Positions 41,480 to 53,913 are shown, counted from the first letter of the stretch. The stretch: DNA of 64,000 nucleotides from Lama glama (GCA_028534125.1 CM052818.1:35218001-35282000); one strand, 5' to 3'. Made by a program: numbers and translations. Notes: generated by a model not told the origin, from the letters alone.

Positions 41480-44398
41480 AGGAGCTTCCACTCTGGTTAT
41501 GGTGAACTAACTGGTATCAGAGTAGCTTTCCCACTATAAACAGCTAGAAAACTGGTCTGAACCAGTAAGTAGCACAGAACTGATTCCTGAGGGAAGGGAA
41601 GCAAATGAGAGAGGCCTCTGATTGCCCAGGCTTTCTGCTGGGAGGCATTTGCCAAACTCCAGGACGGGATACAAGCGGAGCAAGACAATCTTGCTGAGAA
41701 TGAGAAGGAAGAGTTTGGAGTTTGGGGAGGCTGGAATTTGCACAGCGGAACACCAGAGAGGATGAAGTGTGCAGAGAAAGAACTCCGAAGAGAGCTCCCT
41801 TGAGTCTTTAGCTGAAAACTAAGCTGTATTTGCATAGAATGAGATTTCACGAGACCAGCAAAGAACAACTACCAGGGAAAAAACAACTCCTGGGGATTTG
41901 AAAATGGAACAGCTCCCTGAGCTCACACACGTTGTTTGAGTTTCAGCCAGCCAGAGTAGAGAGACATCATTGAACACTTGAGGCATTCAGTAAAGACCCC
42001 AGAAAAACCACATGTTAGGGGCTGAGTGAAAATAGCCCTAAATAAAAGTTATTCTCAATCCACACAAATGAAGCTTAAAGAGAAGCCTCAAAAGGATCAC
42101 GCTGTCCACAGGTAAATTAACTGATTGCCACATTCTTTAGAGGAAGACAACAAAATCCAGACATTCAATGACATGATACTCAGAATTTGTACCATCTGGT
42201 AAAAAAAATTAGAAGACATAGGAAGAAGCACAAAAGTATGACCTGTAACCAGGAGAAAACTAGTTTATATAAACAGAGCCAGAAATAACAGACATGATAT
42301 AATTAGCAGACACGGACTTTAAAGCAGCCATGATAAATAGCAAAAATATAAAGGAAAAAAATTAAAATAAAAAATATAAAGGAAAATATGAACAAAATCA
42401 GGAGGAAACGTGAGAAAAAAGAACCAAGTGTAAGTGTAATTAGAACTTTCTGCATATAGTCTACTTCCATAAAAAAATGTTTAAGTAAAAAAATGGAACT
42501 TCTAAAGTTTAAAGGGATAATACCTGAAATGAAAAATTAAATGGTTGGACCTAACAGTAGATCACAAGTTGCAGAAAAAGAGTTCATTGAACTTAAAGAC
42601 ATAGCAATACAAAACTATGCACAGTGAAGCACAGACAGAAGAATGGCTGAAAAATGTACTGAGCCTCAGTGACCTGTGGGACAATGTCACAGTATAACAG
42701 AGGGGGAAGAGAAGAATTATTCAAGAAAATAATTTTTTCCAAATTTCCAAATAAATTTTTACATATTCAATGAAAACTACAAACCCACAGATACAAGGAG
42801 CTCAGCATACTATAAGCAGGATAAACACAGAGAAAGCCATACCAAGGCACATCAGAATCAACTTGCTGAAAACCAGTAATAAGAGAAAATACTGAAAACA
42901 GCTAGAGAAAAAAATACATGTTACACGCAGGGAAACAAGGGTACGATTTTCCAATGACTTCTCTTTAAAAAGCAATGCAAGCTGGAAGATGGAATGATGT
43001 CTGAAAGTGCTGAGAGAATTTTGTTTTATTCTCCCTAAAATACAAAAATTTCCTACCTTTGTCCACTGAAAAGGTCTGGAAGCAGTGACAACCCGGGAAC
43101 AGTGAGCACCCTAGTACCGTGATTGTGGCCTCTGAATACTCTTTCTCAGTAAAGGAAACCTGAGATCCTTGGAAGAATGGCTGATTGCAAATATGAAGCA
43201 GAATGTATACAAGATGAGACTGGGACATCTCATTGTGCAGACAAGGAAGCTCTAATGGATATGTCAGAAGAACACAGGAGCCTGCTTCCAGGGGCTCCCA
43301 CTGGCCAAAGGTTAGGACAATTTGAATCCCAAAAAGATGAATGCAATGGATTGAAGCACATCAGATACATAAAAATCTATGACTTCATAATGATACTGAA
43401 AAACAAACTGCTAGGGCAGTAACTCGTTTTTCTGTTTTTGTTGTTGTTAAATAATAAGAAATATTAACCATTTGTTTTACCTTTCCTGAATGAGCAGTGT
43501 TTCACAATAAGCAAAGAGGTGAAATTAATAAGCAGAAAAGATGATAAAATTGGAAAATCAACATTTTGCAACACCTCATGAAATAGTGAATCTAGGCAAG
43601 AATCATCAGTACATGCTAAAACTATTAGGTGAAAAGTTGATCGGGGAATAATGGAGAGATGAAACCAAGAACATCTGAATCTACTAATCAGTATTTACCT
43701 TCCATTCCATTATGTGCCTCCTACTCCATTTATAAGCACACCATATTACATATGATGGATTCTAGACCCTTCCCAAAACAAAACCAAAGCAAAAACTTTA
43801 GTCAGACTTCAAGCTCTGACCCCACGGGAACTAGAGAAATGAATTAAATGACAACACAGGAAACAATCAATCAGATCCAAAATGTAGGATATGCTACAAG
43901 ATAACCTGTTTTCTTCACAAATTAATGACATGAAAGAAACAGGAAAAAGGAAGAACTGTTATAGATTAAAAACAGAAGCATAATATCATATACAAACATA
44001 TCAACCAAATGCAAAGTGCAGACCTGTTTGGATCTTTAACTATATAAAAGGATATTTTTTAAGATTTGAGGAAATTATTCAGATGGACTAAGACATTAAA
44101 GAATTTCTGTTTATTTTTTAGGTGTAATAGTGGTGTTGAGCTTGTATAAATTTCTTCTCTGATAGACATACAGGCTCAAGTATTCCCAGGTGTAATAGTA
44201 AATTATCTGGGATTGCTCTGGCCACCTCCTCCTGCACAAAAGTTGGAAGAAGGAAGAATAAATTAAACAAGTTGACAGAATGTTGATTTTCGTTGAACTC
44301 TGGTGATAAGTACATGAAGGGTAGTCTTTAGATTATTCTTTTTCTGTTTTGTGCAATATTTTAACATTTCTGTGGTAAAAAGTTAAAAAAAAAAAAAG
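41480..44398 (+). mobile_element. Old L1M: 5' region and decayed ORF1 (to ~43015) followed by an L1MC/MD-like 3' UTR
   Basis: ORF1-like phrases gacctgtgggacaat, aaacccacagatacaaggagctcag and aatactgaaaacagctagagaaaaa; 3' UTR phrases gaaacctgagatccttggaagaatggctgatt and ggtgataagtacatg, then poly-A. Confidence 0.75.
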
Positions 44399-45037
44399 AT
44401 CATGTGCTTAAGGGCCTTCCGTGTATCTGTAAGAGAGTCTCACTCAGATTGTGTGCAACATTGTCTTACAATTACATACAATTTTAACAGTTTTAATTTT
44501 AATTTAATTTTGGTTTAAATGCCAATTTTATGAGAGAAAATAGAAAGATGCTAAAGACAATGTCCTTATAGAATAAAAAGGTTTAACCGGTGTCATGAGG
44601 TAACTCTGAAAACTCTTGCATGTAGACAAAAGCTATAGAAACACTAGGGGGCCATTTAGTGCTTAAATAGACCCACTCAATTTTCCTGCCAGGAGGCGTT
44701 CCCTAAAAGATGCATTCATCACAGAGCCCAGAACCTGGACAAAGTTCGGCAAGGCTCCTTGGCGACCCTTCCTTGGTTTCTCCTTCTTAAGGGCTGTAGT
44801 GTAGTCGGCCAGAGCCATCTCCTAGGGGACTGCTTTTGTTTAAAGGATTTGTGAGTGTATTCCCTGTGGTCTAACACCATATTCCATTCTGCATTGTGGT
44901 TTTTATTGTTTTCTGTATCATAATTTATTATTTTTTTTTCTATTTTTCTTTGAAGTTTGCCCATTTTAATCCATGTTCATTTCTCGCCCTGTGTGTGTCT
45001 ATGTCACGCTTGCTGTCTTTGCCTCCGTTGTTCCTAG

Positions 45038-45127
45038 GTTACAGTATAGCCAGGAGATACCCAGTCACTTGGCTGATGAGCATGCGCTGATAGCCTCCTA
45101 TGTGGCCCGTCTGCAGCACTGCACACG
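45038..45127 (+). CDS. DTNB: Beta-dystrobrevin exon, 90 nt, phase 2/2 (cassette-type, syntrophin-binding segment): (R)[29 protein letters not shown](R)
   Basis: Acceptor ttgttcctag|G and donor CACG|gtcagt. The peptide is visible inside ORF 44973..45278. Confidence 0.95.
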
Positions 45128-48019
45128 GTCAGTGGTAGAGCAGCAGCAGCAGGCGGGTGGCCAAGGGCTGATCAAAGGGCGGGAGAGCTCTGTTACCCGG
45201 GGTTGCCAGCTGGAAAAAGCTGTGCATGTGGGGTTTTTCTTGAGAAGCTACCAGCTGTGTTTGGCAGAGTTTAAATAATTGCTAAAGCATTAGCTTCTAA
45301 AAGAGAAGGAGCCTTGCCAAGCTTGGGCACTTACCTAAACATATAGTCAGAAATTCTTTAAAGTGGAGTTCCCTTCCTTCAGATGACAATTAAAGAGTGT
45401 ATGACCCTCAGAGAGGTGTGTGGTCCCAAAGATGTGCATTCGCAGAGGTATTTGATGCAGCCTCTTACTGTTCATTCTTGCCTAAATAATGAAATCTTTC
45501 AATCAACATTCAAGGTTTAGGGTTGATCAACATATTGTCTAATCTGGGGGGTTTGACACCATCACCTTGTTACATCTTTGTATGTTGCATCGTCATCTGT
45601 TCCCCAAAATCAATCATTATTAATTATTTAAACCAATGATTTTCAAAAGTCGTAGTGGGTCATTGTCACCTGAGGGACTTTTTCCAAACTATATATACCC
45701 TCTCATATTATAATAATTATATGTATTGTAATAGCTCCTCATACCTCTTTCCCTGGAAACTACTGTAGTGGTGTCTCACTGTTAATATGGGAATATGACT
45801 GATCCCTCATTGGATTAGGATGGAAAAACATTTGATAACCACTAACTATAGCGAAGTTGATCTTTTAAAAGAGTTAATACTAAGCAAAGTGCCATTCAGG
45901 CAGACCCAAAGCCACCTGCCCAGTCCATGCCCACACCCACTACCATTTTGCAAGGAGAGTGGCAGGTCAAGTTTAAATAACCTAAAGACATCTGACCCCT
46001 CTACATAGCAACAAAGAAGAGTCTCTATGCCCAAGAACCTGATATTATTGAAAACAATTAGTTATAAACAAAAAACAAGAGAGAATGGAACCTTAAATTT
46101 TGATCTTAGTTTTGCCCTTAACATACCATGACCCCACAGGAAACCCTTATTCCTAATGATAACAGAAAAATGAATTAACAATCTATCTATATATGTGTGT
46201 ATATGAAAAGGACTGTTTTAAGTATTATACATCATAGCGTGCCCCATACTTTTCCCAGTATGACCAAACAGCATTATTATTTTTAGGCATTTACCTATCT
46301 CTAAAGCCTTAGAGAGACTGTAGGGTTCTCCTGCCTCCCAGCTGTATTCTATGGGAGGGGAGGCCTGATAATTGTGAGTTGTATCACGCAGAGTGTCTCC
46401 TCATCCAGCAGACAATTTCCAAGCACTCTCTCCGAGACCCTCAGTCTCTAGGAAGAGTGTTGTCTCACTCCTGGCAGAACAGCTTATTTTTTATTGGTAA
46501 GGGCGATTGTCCAAGGGATTAAAAGTTTCCACGGTGAATATCGCAGCAGAATGTTGGTCAGAATACTACCTGATATTTCAGCCCAGGAAGATTTATGCTG
46601 GGAGGGTTTAGCTGAGATCTCAGGTCTCATGGCTTAGGGATTAGGCTCACTGAGCAAGAATTGGTGGCCAGGAGCCCTGGAAGAACATGAAGATTGGGTG
46701 AGTACTGCATCTCTTCTTGATTTAAGATCTAAGGAACTGAGCTGCATACTTCCTCAAAGTCAGACATTTCCTGGCTAACTAATTCTGAAAATGAAAATCA
46801 GCTCAAGCAGAAGAATAAGGAACCTTTCTAATTTCCCTCATAGTTTTCACTGACATTAAAACCTCTCATCAACGTCAAGTTCTAGTTTCTGGCTGGAAAG
46901 TACAACCAGTTAAAGCAACTATGTCATCCGCACCCAGGTCTAAATGACAAACAGGGCTGACCCTCCCAGGGAGATGCACTGTGGTGCAGAAAGGAGAGCT
47001 CTTTTGCACACAGGAACCTATTGTATTCTTTGCCAAAAAACAGAGGACAGCCACTTTCAGTCCCACTTCTTAGGCTGCCACTCCCTCCATAATAGTGTCC
47101 ACTTGTATTGTGAAATGTTCATTTTGTTGTCCATGCCCACACCCACCACCCATTTAAAAGATAAAGATAGTCCTCTTATTTCAGAGAAACATCTTTAAGG
47201 CACAAATATTACAGTTCAGCCCTGACCTTGGAGCCGTGACCCTAAAGTATTAAAGCCAACTTATGGTAGCATGTTCTTATTACGAGGTTATCTTTTGAGA
47301 AGATGATAACACATGCTAGAGACTGACATTTGCATACCTAAAATTATGTAGTGTTGAGAAGTGTCATTGGCAGGAGACTTACAGCACATTTTTTTTTAAA
47401 AATCCATTTTAGAGGAAAGACCAAGTTAAGCTAAACACAGAGACAGAAATACAGGAAGGTTTAAAAAAAAAAACTAAGGAAAATATAGTTAATTTCATAC
47501 AGGAAAAGTCCAAACAGATCTCTGTTAATTTAGCTTCATCCTTCCGAGATTCCCCTTAGTAATTATAATAAGATTTAACGAATATTGAACTCATGTCTTT
47601 AATTTTTTTTCACATTTTTGTCATATTTCATATCTTGTCTTTCTGCTAAATCCCAATCAAGGGTTTTTGGAACTCCAAGAACCTAGAGCCAAAGTAGATG
47701 CAAGCCACGGCAGCCATCTCTGGTCAGTGAGTCATCATCACTCATGTCTTAAAGCATCTGCCAGACTTCAACACAGAGAATTATATAGCCACAGTCCCAG
47801 TTAGTTTAGGTGTGCCCTGATGGGGATAAACATAACATGCTAAATTAAAGGAGTAAATCATAATCAGCCAAGAGCTCCCTGTTAGCAGCACAGGTACACA
47901 ACACTAGCCTACCACTCAAAAACCCTTCTTTCATCCAGGTGTGGCACCATCTGATATCCCACCTTAGTGGATCTTCACATTTTTAGAGTGCCAGAACTCT
48001 TGTTTAGAGTAAAGGACTA

Positions 48020-48115
48020 GGGGAGTGGTGGTGGAGCTCAGTGGCAGAGCACGTGCTCAGCATGCATGAGGTCCAGGGTTCAATCTCCAGTACCTCCATT
48101 AAAAAAAAAGAAATG
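48020..48115 (+). mobile_element. Vic-1-like SINE
   Basis: agctcagtggcagagcacgtgctcagcatgcatgaggtccagggttcaatctccagtacctcc plus A tail; degenerate TSD agagtaaaggacta / aaagtaatagacta. Confidence 0.9.
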
Positions 48116-48704
48116 AAAGTAATAGACTAAATAATTTCAATCTAAGACGGGGCTCCTGTTATGGAGCAAGCATAGTAAAAGAAGAGAAAGGCACTGAAAG
48201 GGAATGTTGGATACCAAGGAATCTTCTCCAACTCCACCCTCTATTGAACCTGCCCCAGCTTGTGTTCCTCAGTTCTGCTCAACCAGTGTTAAGTGTACTT
48301 TTCCTCAGCCCTCTGTTTTTCATGGTGCTTTAGTTTTCTCTTGGTCTTTTTGAATTCAAGACCTGTATCTAAAAGTCATGAGGATTTTTTAAACGATTGG
48401 AAATCGTTCTCTCAGAATTTATAGATGCCCTGTCTTTTCTCAGCCCTTGCATTCAAAAAGAAGTGCCCCTCTGATGGTGTGGGAGCAACAGGGATATCTT
48501 TCTAAAGAGAAGTGATACACATGGCCTCATCATTTCTCTAAATCCCTTGTGTCTCAGAAGACCAGTAGTATCTATGACCCAGGTCTCCATTTCTTTCGTC
48601 ATCCTTCTTTTTCAGAAGCATTTCTCCCATCTGTGCTTTCTGAGAGAGAAGCAAGAGTAAGGGATGTTTAATAGACACCTGTTGAATTTTTATCTCCTTG
48701 GCAG

Positions 48705-48792
48705 TGTCCTGGACAGTCCGAGCCGACTGGACGAGGAACATCGGCTTATAGCTCGCTATGCTGCCCGGCTAGCTGCAGAGGCAGGAAACATG
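48705..48792 (+). CDS. DTNB: Beta-dystrobrevin exon, 88 nt, phase 2/0 (syntrophin-binding segment): [29 protein letters not shown]
   Basis: Acceptor tctccttggcag|T and donor ATG|gtgagt. Contains the dystrobrevin hallmark [15 protein letters not shown]. Confidence 0.97.
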
Positions 48793-49085
48793 GTGAGTAA
48801 ATAGAGGACTCCAGTGGACTAGCAGAAATTTGCATTACTTTAATATACAATTGGTAAGGGAATGGTAAACATGAAACTCAGAAGAGTAGATACCTCAGAG
48901 ACAGGAGGAAGAGAATGGGTTTAGGGAAAGGACTGTAGTCGCCTTTAATTCTATCTTCAATATTGCCTTTCTTTAAAAAATGAATCAATAAAAGAAAATC
49001 AAATAACCAGAATTTGGTTCTTTGAAAAAGGTCAATAAAATTAATAAGCCCCTAGAAATCCTGATCAAGAAAAAAGGAGAGAAGA

Positions 49086-49870
49086 TGTGGAGAAAAGGGA
49101 ACCTGCATACACTGTTGGTGGGAATCTAAATTAATACAGCCAGTATGGAAAACAGAATGAAGCTTCCTTTAAAAAACTAAAAATAGAACTACTGTATGAT
49201 CCAGTAATTCCACTCCTGGGTATGTATCTGGAAAAAACGAAAACACTAATTTGAAAAGATGCATGCACCTCAGTGTTCATGTTAGCACTGTTTACAATAG
49301 CCAAGACATGAAAGCAACCCAAGTGCCCATCAGCAGACGATTGGATTAAGATGTGGCATATACATATATATATACACACACACACATACACATACATACA
49401 CAATGGAATATTATTAAGATATTAAAAAAAGAATGAAATATTGCCACTTGCAGAAACATGGATGGACCTAGAAGCTATTACACTTAGTGAAATAAGTCAG
49501 AAAGACAAATACTATATGGTATCACTTATATGTGGAATCTTAAAAAGCAATACAAATAAGTGTATAAACAAAACAGAAATAAACTCCCAGACATAGAAAA
49601 CAAACTTGTGGTTATCAAAGGAGAGAGGGAAGTGGGGAGGGACAAATTAGAGATATGGGATTAACGGATAGAAACTACTATACATAATAAAGTAGATAAG
49701 CAGTAAGAGTTTACTGTATAGCACAGAACATTATACTCATTATCTTGTAATAACATATAATGGAATATAATCTGCAAAAACTCTGAACCACTATATTATA
49801 TACCTGAAACTAACACAGTATTGTAAATCAAGTATACTTCAATTAAAAAAAGAAAGAAAGGAAAGAAAGA
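49086..49870 (+). mobile_element. Nested L1 3' end (ORF2 C-terminus, 3' UTR and A tail)
   Basis: gatgtggagaaaagggaacc...cactcctgggtatgtatc...tatacttcaattaaaaaaagaaag interrupts the host sequence ctgatcaagaaaaaaggagagaaga / cacaaattacc. Confidence 0.9.
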
Positions 49871-51689
49871 AAACACAAATTACCAGCATCAAGAATGAAA
49901 GAAGGGACATTGCTACAGATCCTGTAGACCTTATAAGGATGATGAAATACTATGAACAGCTTTTTGCCAATAAATTTGACAACCTAGATGAAATAGACAA
50001 TATGAAAGACACAAATTAACGAAAACTGACATCAGAATAAATAGAAAATCTCAATAGTTTTAAAATCCTTTAAATAAGTTGAATTCATAATTAACTTCAA
50101 AAACTCCAGGCTCAGATGGCTTAACTATTGAATACTATCATATACTTAAAGAGGAAATAACAGTCTGGCACAAACTTCTAGAAAATAGTGAGAGAAGGAA
50201 CACTTTCCAAATCATCAAGCCACTAAAACCCAATACCAAAACAATACAAGGACACTGCAAGAAGAGAAAGTTGATGACCAAGTTCTACCATGAACATAGT
50301 TGTAAAAATCTTACCAAAATATCAGCAAATTGAATCCAGCAATATGTAAAAAGGATAATACTCCATGACCAAGTGAGATTTATCCTAGGAATGCAAATTT
50401 ATTTAACACAGGAAAATCAGTCAGCGTAATTCACCACGTTAGCAATTTAATTAAGAAAATTGTAGTATTGCAGTAGATGCAGAAAAGGCATTTGACAAAA
50501 TATAATACCCATTTTTGATAAAACTTCTCAATACTATAGAAGAAACTTCCTTAGCTTGATAAAGAACACCTGCAAAAGACCTACAGCTAATAAAGACACT
50601 TAAAGACTAAATTTTGGAATATTTCCCTGTAATATTGAGAACAGGTCAGAGATGTTTAGTTCCACCACCTCTATTCAAAATTGTACACAAGGTCCCAGGC
50701 AGTGCAATGTGACAAGAAAAAAATGGCTTAAATATTGGAAAGGAAGACGTAAAACTCATTATTTGCAGATGACATGATTGTATATAGGAAGTCCTAAGGA
50801 AAGTCCTGTAAGAACACTACTAGAAGTTATATGACTTCATAACAGTGTGGCAGCATACAAAATCAATATGTAAAAAAATTTTTTAACATTTTTTATTGAG
50901 TTATAGTCATTTTACAATGTTGTGTCAAATTCCAGTGTAGAGCACAATTTTTCAGCTATACTTGAACATACATATATTGTCACATTTTTCTTTTGCTGTG
51001 AGATACCACAAGATCCTGCATATATTTCCCTGTGCTATACAGTATAATCTTGTTTATCTACTCTGCATTTTAAAATCCCAGTCTATCCCTTCCCACCCCT
51101 TCCCCCTCGGCAACCCCAAGCTTGTACTCTGTGTCTATGAGTCTGTTTCTGTTTTGTATTTATGTTTTGTGTTTTTTTTAGATTCCTCATATGAGTGATC
51201 TCACATGGTATTTTTCTCTCTCTCTCTGGCTCACTTCACTCAGAATGACATTCTCCAGGAACATCCATGTTGCTGCAAATGGCGTTATGTTATTGGTTTT
51301 TGTGGCTGAATAGTAATCCATCATATAAATATACCACATCTTCTTTATTCAGTCATCTGTTGATGGACATTTAGGCTGTTTCCATGTCTTGGCTATTGTA
51401 AATAGTTCTGCTATGAACATTGGGGTGCAGGTGTCATTTTGAAGTAGGGTTCCTTCTGGATAGATGCCCAGGAGCGGGATTCCTGGGTCCTATGGTAAGT
51501 CTATTCCTAGTCTTTTGACTAATCTCCATACTGTTTTGCATAGAGGCTTTCCTTGCTTCCCTCTCCCACTCTTAATGATTTAGATGTCTTCTTTTATAAT
51601 TTTGTGTTTATTCTTTTTGTAATTCATGGCAGTTATCTCCTTTCCAGTTATGAGTTTCTCATTTTTGTAGCATCCTGCTTCTTTTCTAT

Positions 51690-52569
51690 TTAGAGTAGAC
51701 CTGTTAATATTTCTTTTAGCATGGGTTTAGTGTTGCTAAACTGTTTTAAGTTTTGCTTGTCTGTGAAGTTCTTTGTCTCTCCTTCTATTCTAAAGGATAG
51801 CCTTGCTGGATAGAGTATCTTAGGCTGCATCTTTTTTTCATTCAGGACTTTGATATCTTGCCACTCCCTTCTGGCCTGTAGTGTTTGTGTAGAGAAATCA
51901 GCTGAGAGCCTTATGGGGGTTCCCTTGTAACTCACTCTTTGTTTTTCTCTTGCTGCCTTTAGGATTATTTCTTTATCCTTGACTCTGGTCATCTTGATTA
52001 TGATATGTCTTGTTGTGGGTCTGTTTGGGTTCTTCCTGTTTGGGACCCTCTGAGCCTCCTGTACTTGGATATCTGATTCCTTTAGGTTCGGGAAGTTTTC
52101 AGTCATGATTTCTTCAAATACCTTTTCAATCCCCTTTGTTCTTTCTTCCCCTTCTGGAACCCCTATTATACGTAGATTGGCATGCTTTGTATTATCCCAT
52201 AGGTCCCTTATATTGTTTTCATTGTTTTTTATTTGTTTTTCTCAGCTGTTCTGATTGGGTGCTTTCTGTTGTCCTGTCTTCTAGGTCACTTATTTGTTCC
52301 TCTGCATTATCTAGCCTGCTTTGTACAGCCCTTAGGTCAGGTCTCATCTCAGCAAGTGAGTTTACTAATTCTACTTGGTTCTTCTTTATAGCTTCTATTT
52401 CATTTTTGACATATTTTATATCTCTAAACACTATGTCTTTTAGTTCCTTCAGTACTTTGATCAGTCCTTTATTGAAATCTTGATCTAGTAGGCCATCAAT
52501 GTCTATTTCCTTGATCGTGCTTTCAGGGGATTTCTCTTGATTTAATTGGGAGTGGTTCCTCTACTTCAT
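51690..52569 (-). pseudogene. L1 ORF1p, disrupted (TAG at codon 3, one frameshift near 52235)
   Basis: Coiled coil (SRLDNAEEQISDLEDR), RRM/CTD motifs ENFPNL, RHIIIKM, ILKAAREK, IRLSADFS, ARREW and YPARLSF. Confidence 0.93.
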
Positions 52570-53913
52570 GTTGCTCATATCTCTCTGGCACTGTGTCTTC
52601 AGGCGTATCAATTATCTAGTTCTCCGGAGACGGTGTGCTCTTAATGATTTTATCGAGAGGTCTTTGTGTCTTCACCCTGTTTTGCAAACTCAGCTTGCTG
52701 TTTCCAGGGGCCCTCTGTTGGCGCCCTCATCTGTGCTGCTCCCATTGGCTGTCAGCTAGCAGATCGCGCCCCCTCCCAACACTGGGTCAGATGCTGAGCT
52801 CTTACCTGGTGGGCAGGCAGGTCACTCCCCATCCTGATGCTGCAGTCAGATGCTGCGCTTGGTGAGGCAGGTGGACGGATCGTGCCCCCTCCCAGCACCC
52901 CCCTCAGGTGCTGCATTCCTGCCAGGAAGGTGGGTGGCCGCCTGCCCTCTCTGGGTGCCGGTTGCTCTGCTGCTCTGTGCAGCTGCCCGCTCCACCTCGG
53001 GTCAGCACCCCTAGCAGGCTCAGGGAAGACCACGGAATGGCTCCGCCCCTGCTCCATGCCAAATCTCAGCTCCTTATTTGTTTTGACAGCGCAAGTTCTC
53101 TGCGGTGCCAGGGCAGAAAGATCCTATCTGCCTCGGGCTGTAAACAAGTCTCAGTCCTGCCTAGGAAGTTGCGGAGCCCCTGGGTGCAGATTCAGGTCTC
53201 GGCCCCGGCCCCGCCTGGGTGTTGCGCACATGAGGAGATGGCGGCTGTGGCTGTGCCCACCTGTCTTCTTGCGAGAAGCACCAGTAATGGCAGCACAGGT
53301 CTGAGGAGACAAAGGCTACGGCGCCCCTCCCCCCAGGGCACACCAGCCGTGTTGCTTTATTTTTTTTGCAATTTATAGGGGACCGAGGTTGTTCTGCTCT
53401 GTATCCCTTTCCAACCATGGTGCACAGCACCCTGCAGTTCCCCGGGGCTGCCTCAGTGCAGCCACCCCAGTCCTCCACCTGGCTTGGGCAGCCTGGCCCA
53501 GCCCCAGCTGCCGGCTCGCGTCTCGGGCTGGGTGTTGCGGGGACCCTTTGTGCCCATTTAACTCAGTTCTGTCAGTTAAGGGGTGCTTGGGGCAGATCTG
53601 AGCCTCGGAGGCTCCCCCTCTGTCCCGCTGGCCTCTCTGTTGGAGAAGGGAGACCTAGCGAATGAACATCAGTCCTCCTTTGCCACTCCCTCCCCTCAGG
53701 ATCGGTCCCGCACTGTTTTGCTTTTTCTTCTTTCTGTTTTCCTTTTCTCCTACCAGATTTTTGGCATCTTTGTCTTTCAAAGAGGGCAATGTTCTGTTGG
53801 AGTTTGGCAGGTGCTCTGGTTGGCTAAGTAGGTCCATAGATGTGAGTTTTGGTGTATTTGTGGGAGAGGGTGAGCTACAAGCGTCCTTCTATTCCGCCGT
53901 CTTGCTTCTCTCC
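52570..53913 (-). promoter_or_regulatory. GC/CpG-rich L1 5' UTR (internal Pol II promoter), antisense to DTNB
   Basis: High GC and many CpGs relative to the flanks; the terminal CAAGACGGCGG is a variant of the YY1-type CAAGATGGCG motif at L1 5' ends. Confidence 0.75.

Larger units (their letters stand above)
50876..53913 (-). mobile_element. ~3.0-kb ORF1-only L1 derivative (5' UTR + ORF1 + ORF2 tail + 3' UTR)
   Basis: 5' end GGGAGAGAAGCAAGACGGCGGAATAG; TSD caatatgtaaaa (50864-50875) / caatgtgtaaaa (53914-53925); junction to the ORF2 C-terminus at ~51547. Confidence 0.92.

Noticed and set aside
40338..41868. ORFs of 123-131 aa on the minus strand
   Set aside because: They are antisense translations of L2 and old L1 5' sequence.
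45128..45278. Poly-Q (CAG)n extension in ORF 44973..45278
   Set aside because: It lies after the splice donor and is intronic read-through; only four CAG units.
48020..48100. Possible tRNA-Ala genes (also 2550-2620, 11615-11680, 27630-27703, 61640-61715)
   Set aside because: They have A-rich tails, TSDs and broken stems, so they are SINE copies rather than tRNA genes.
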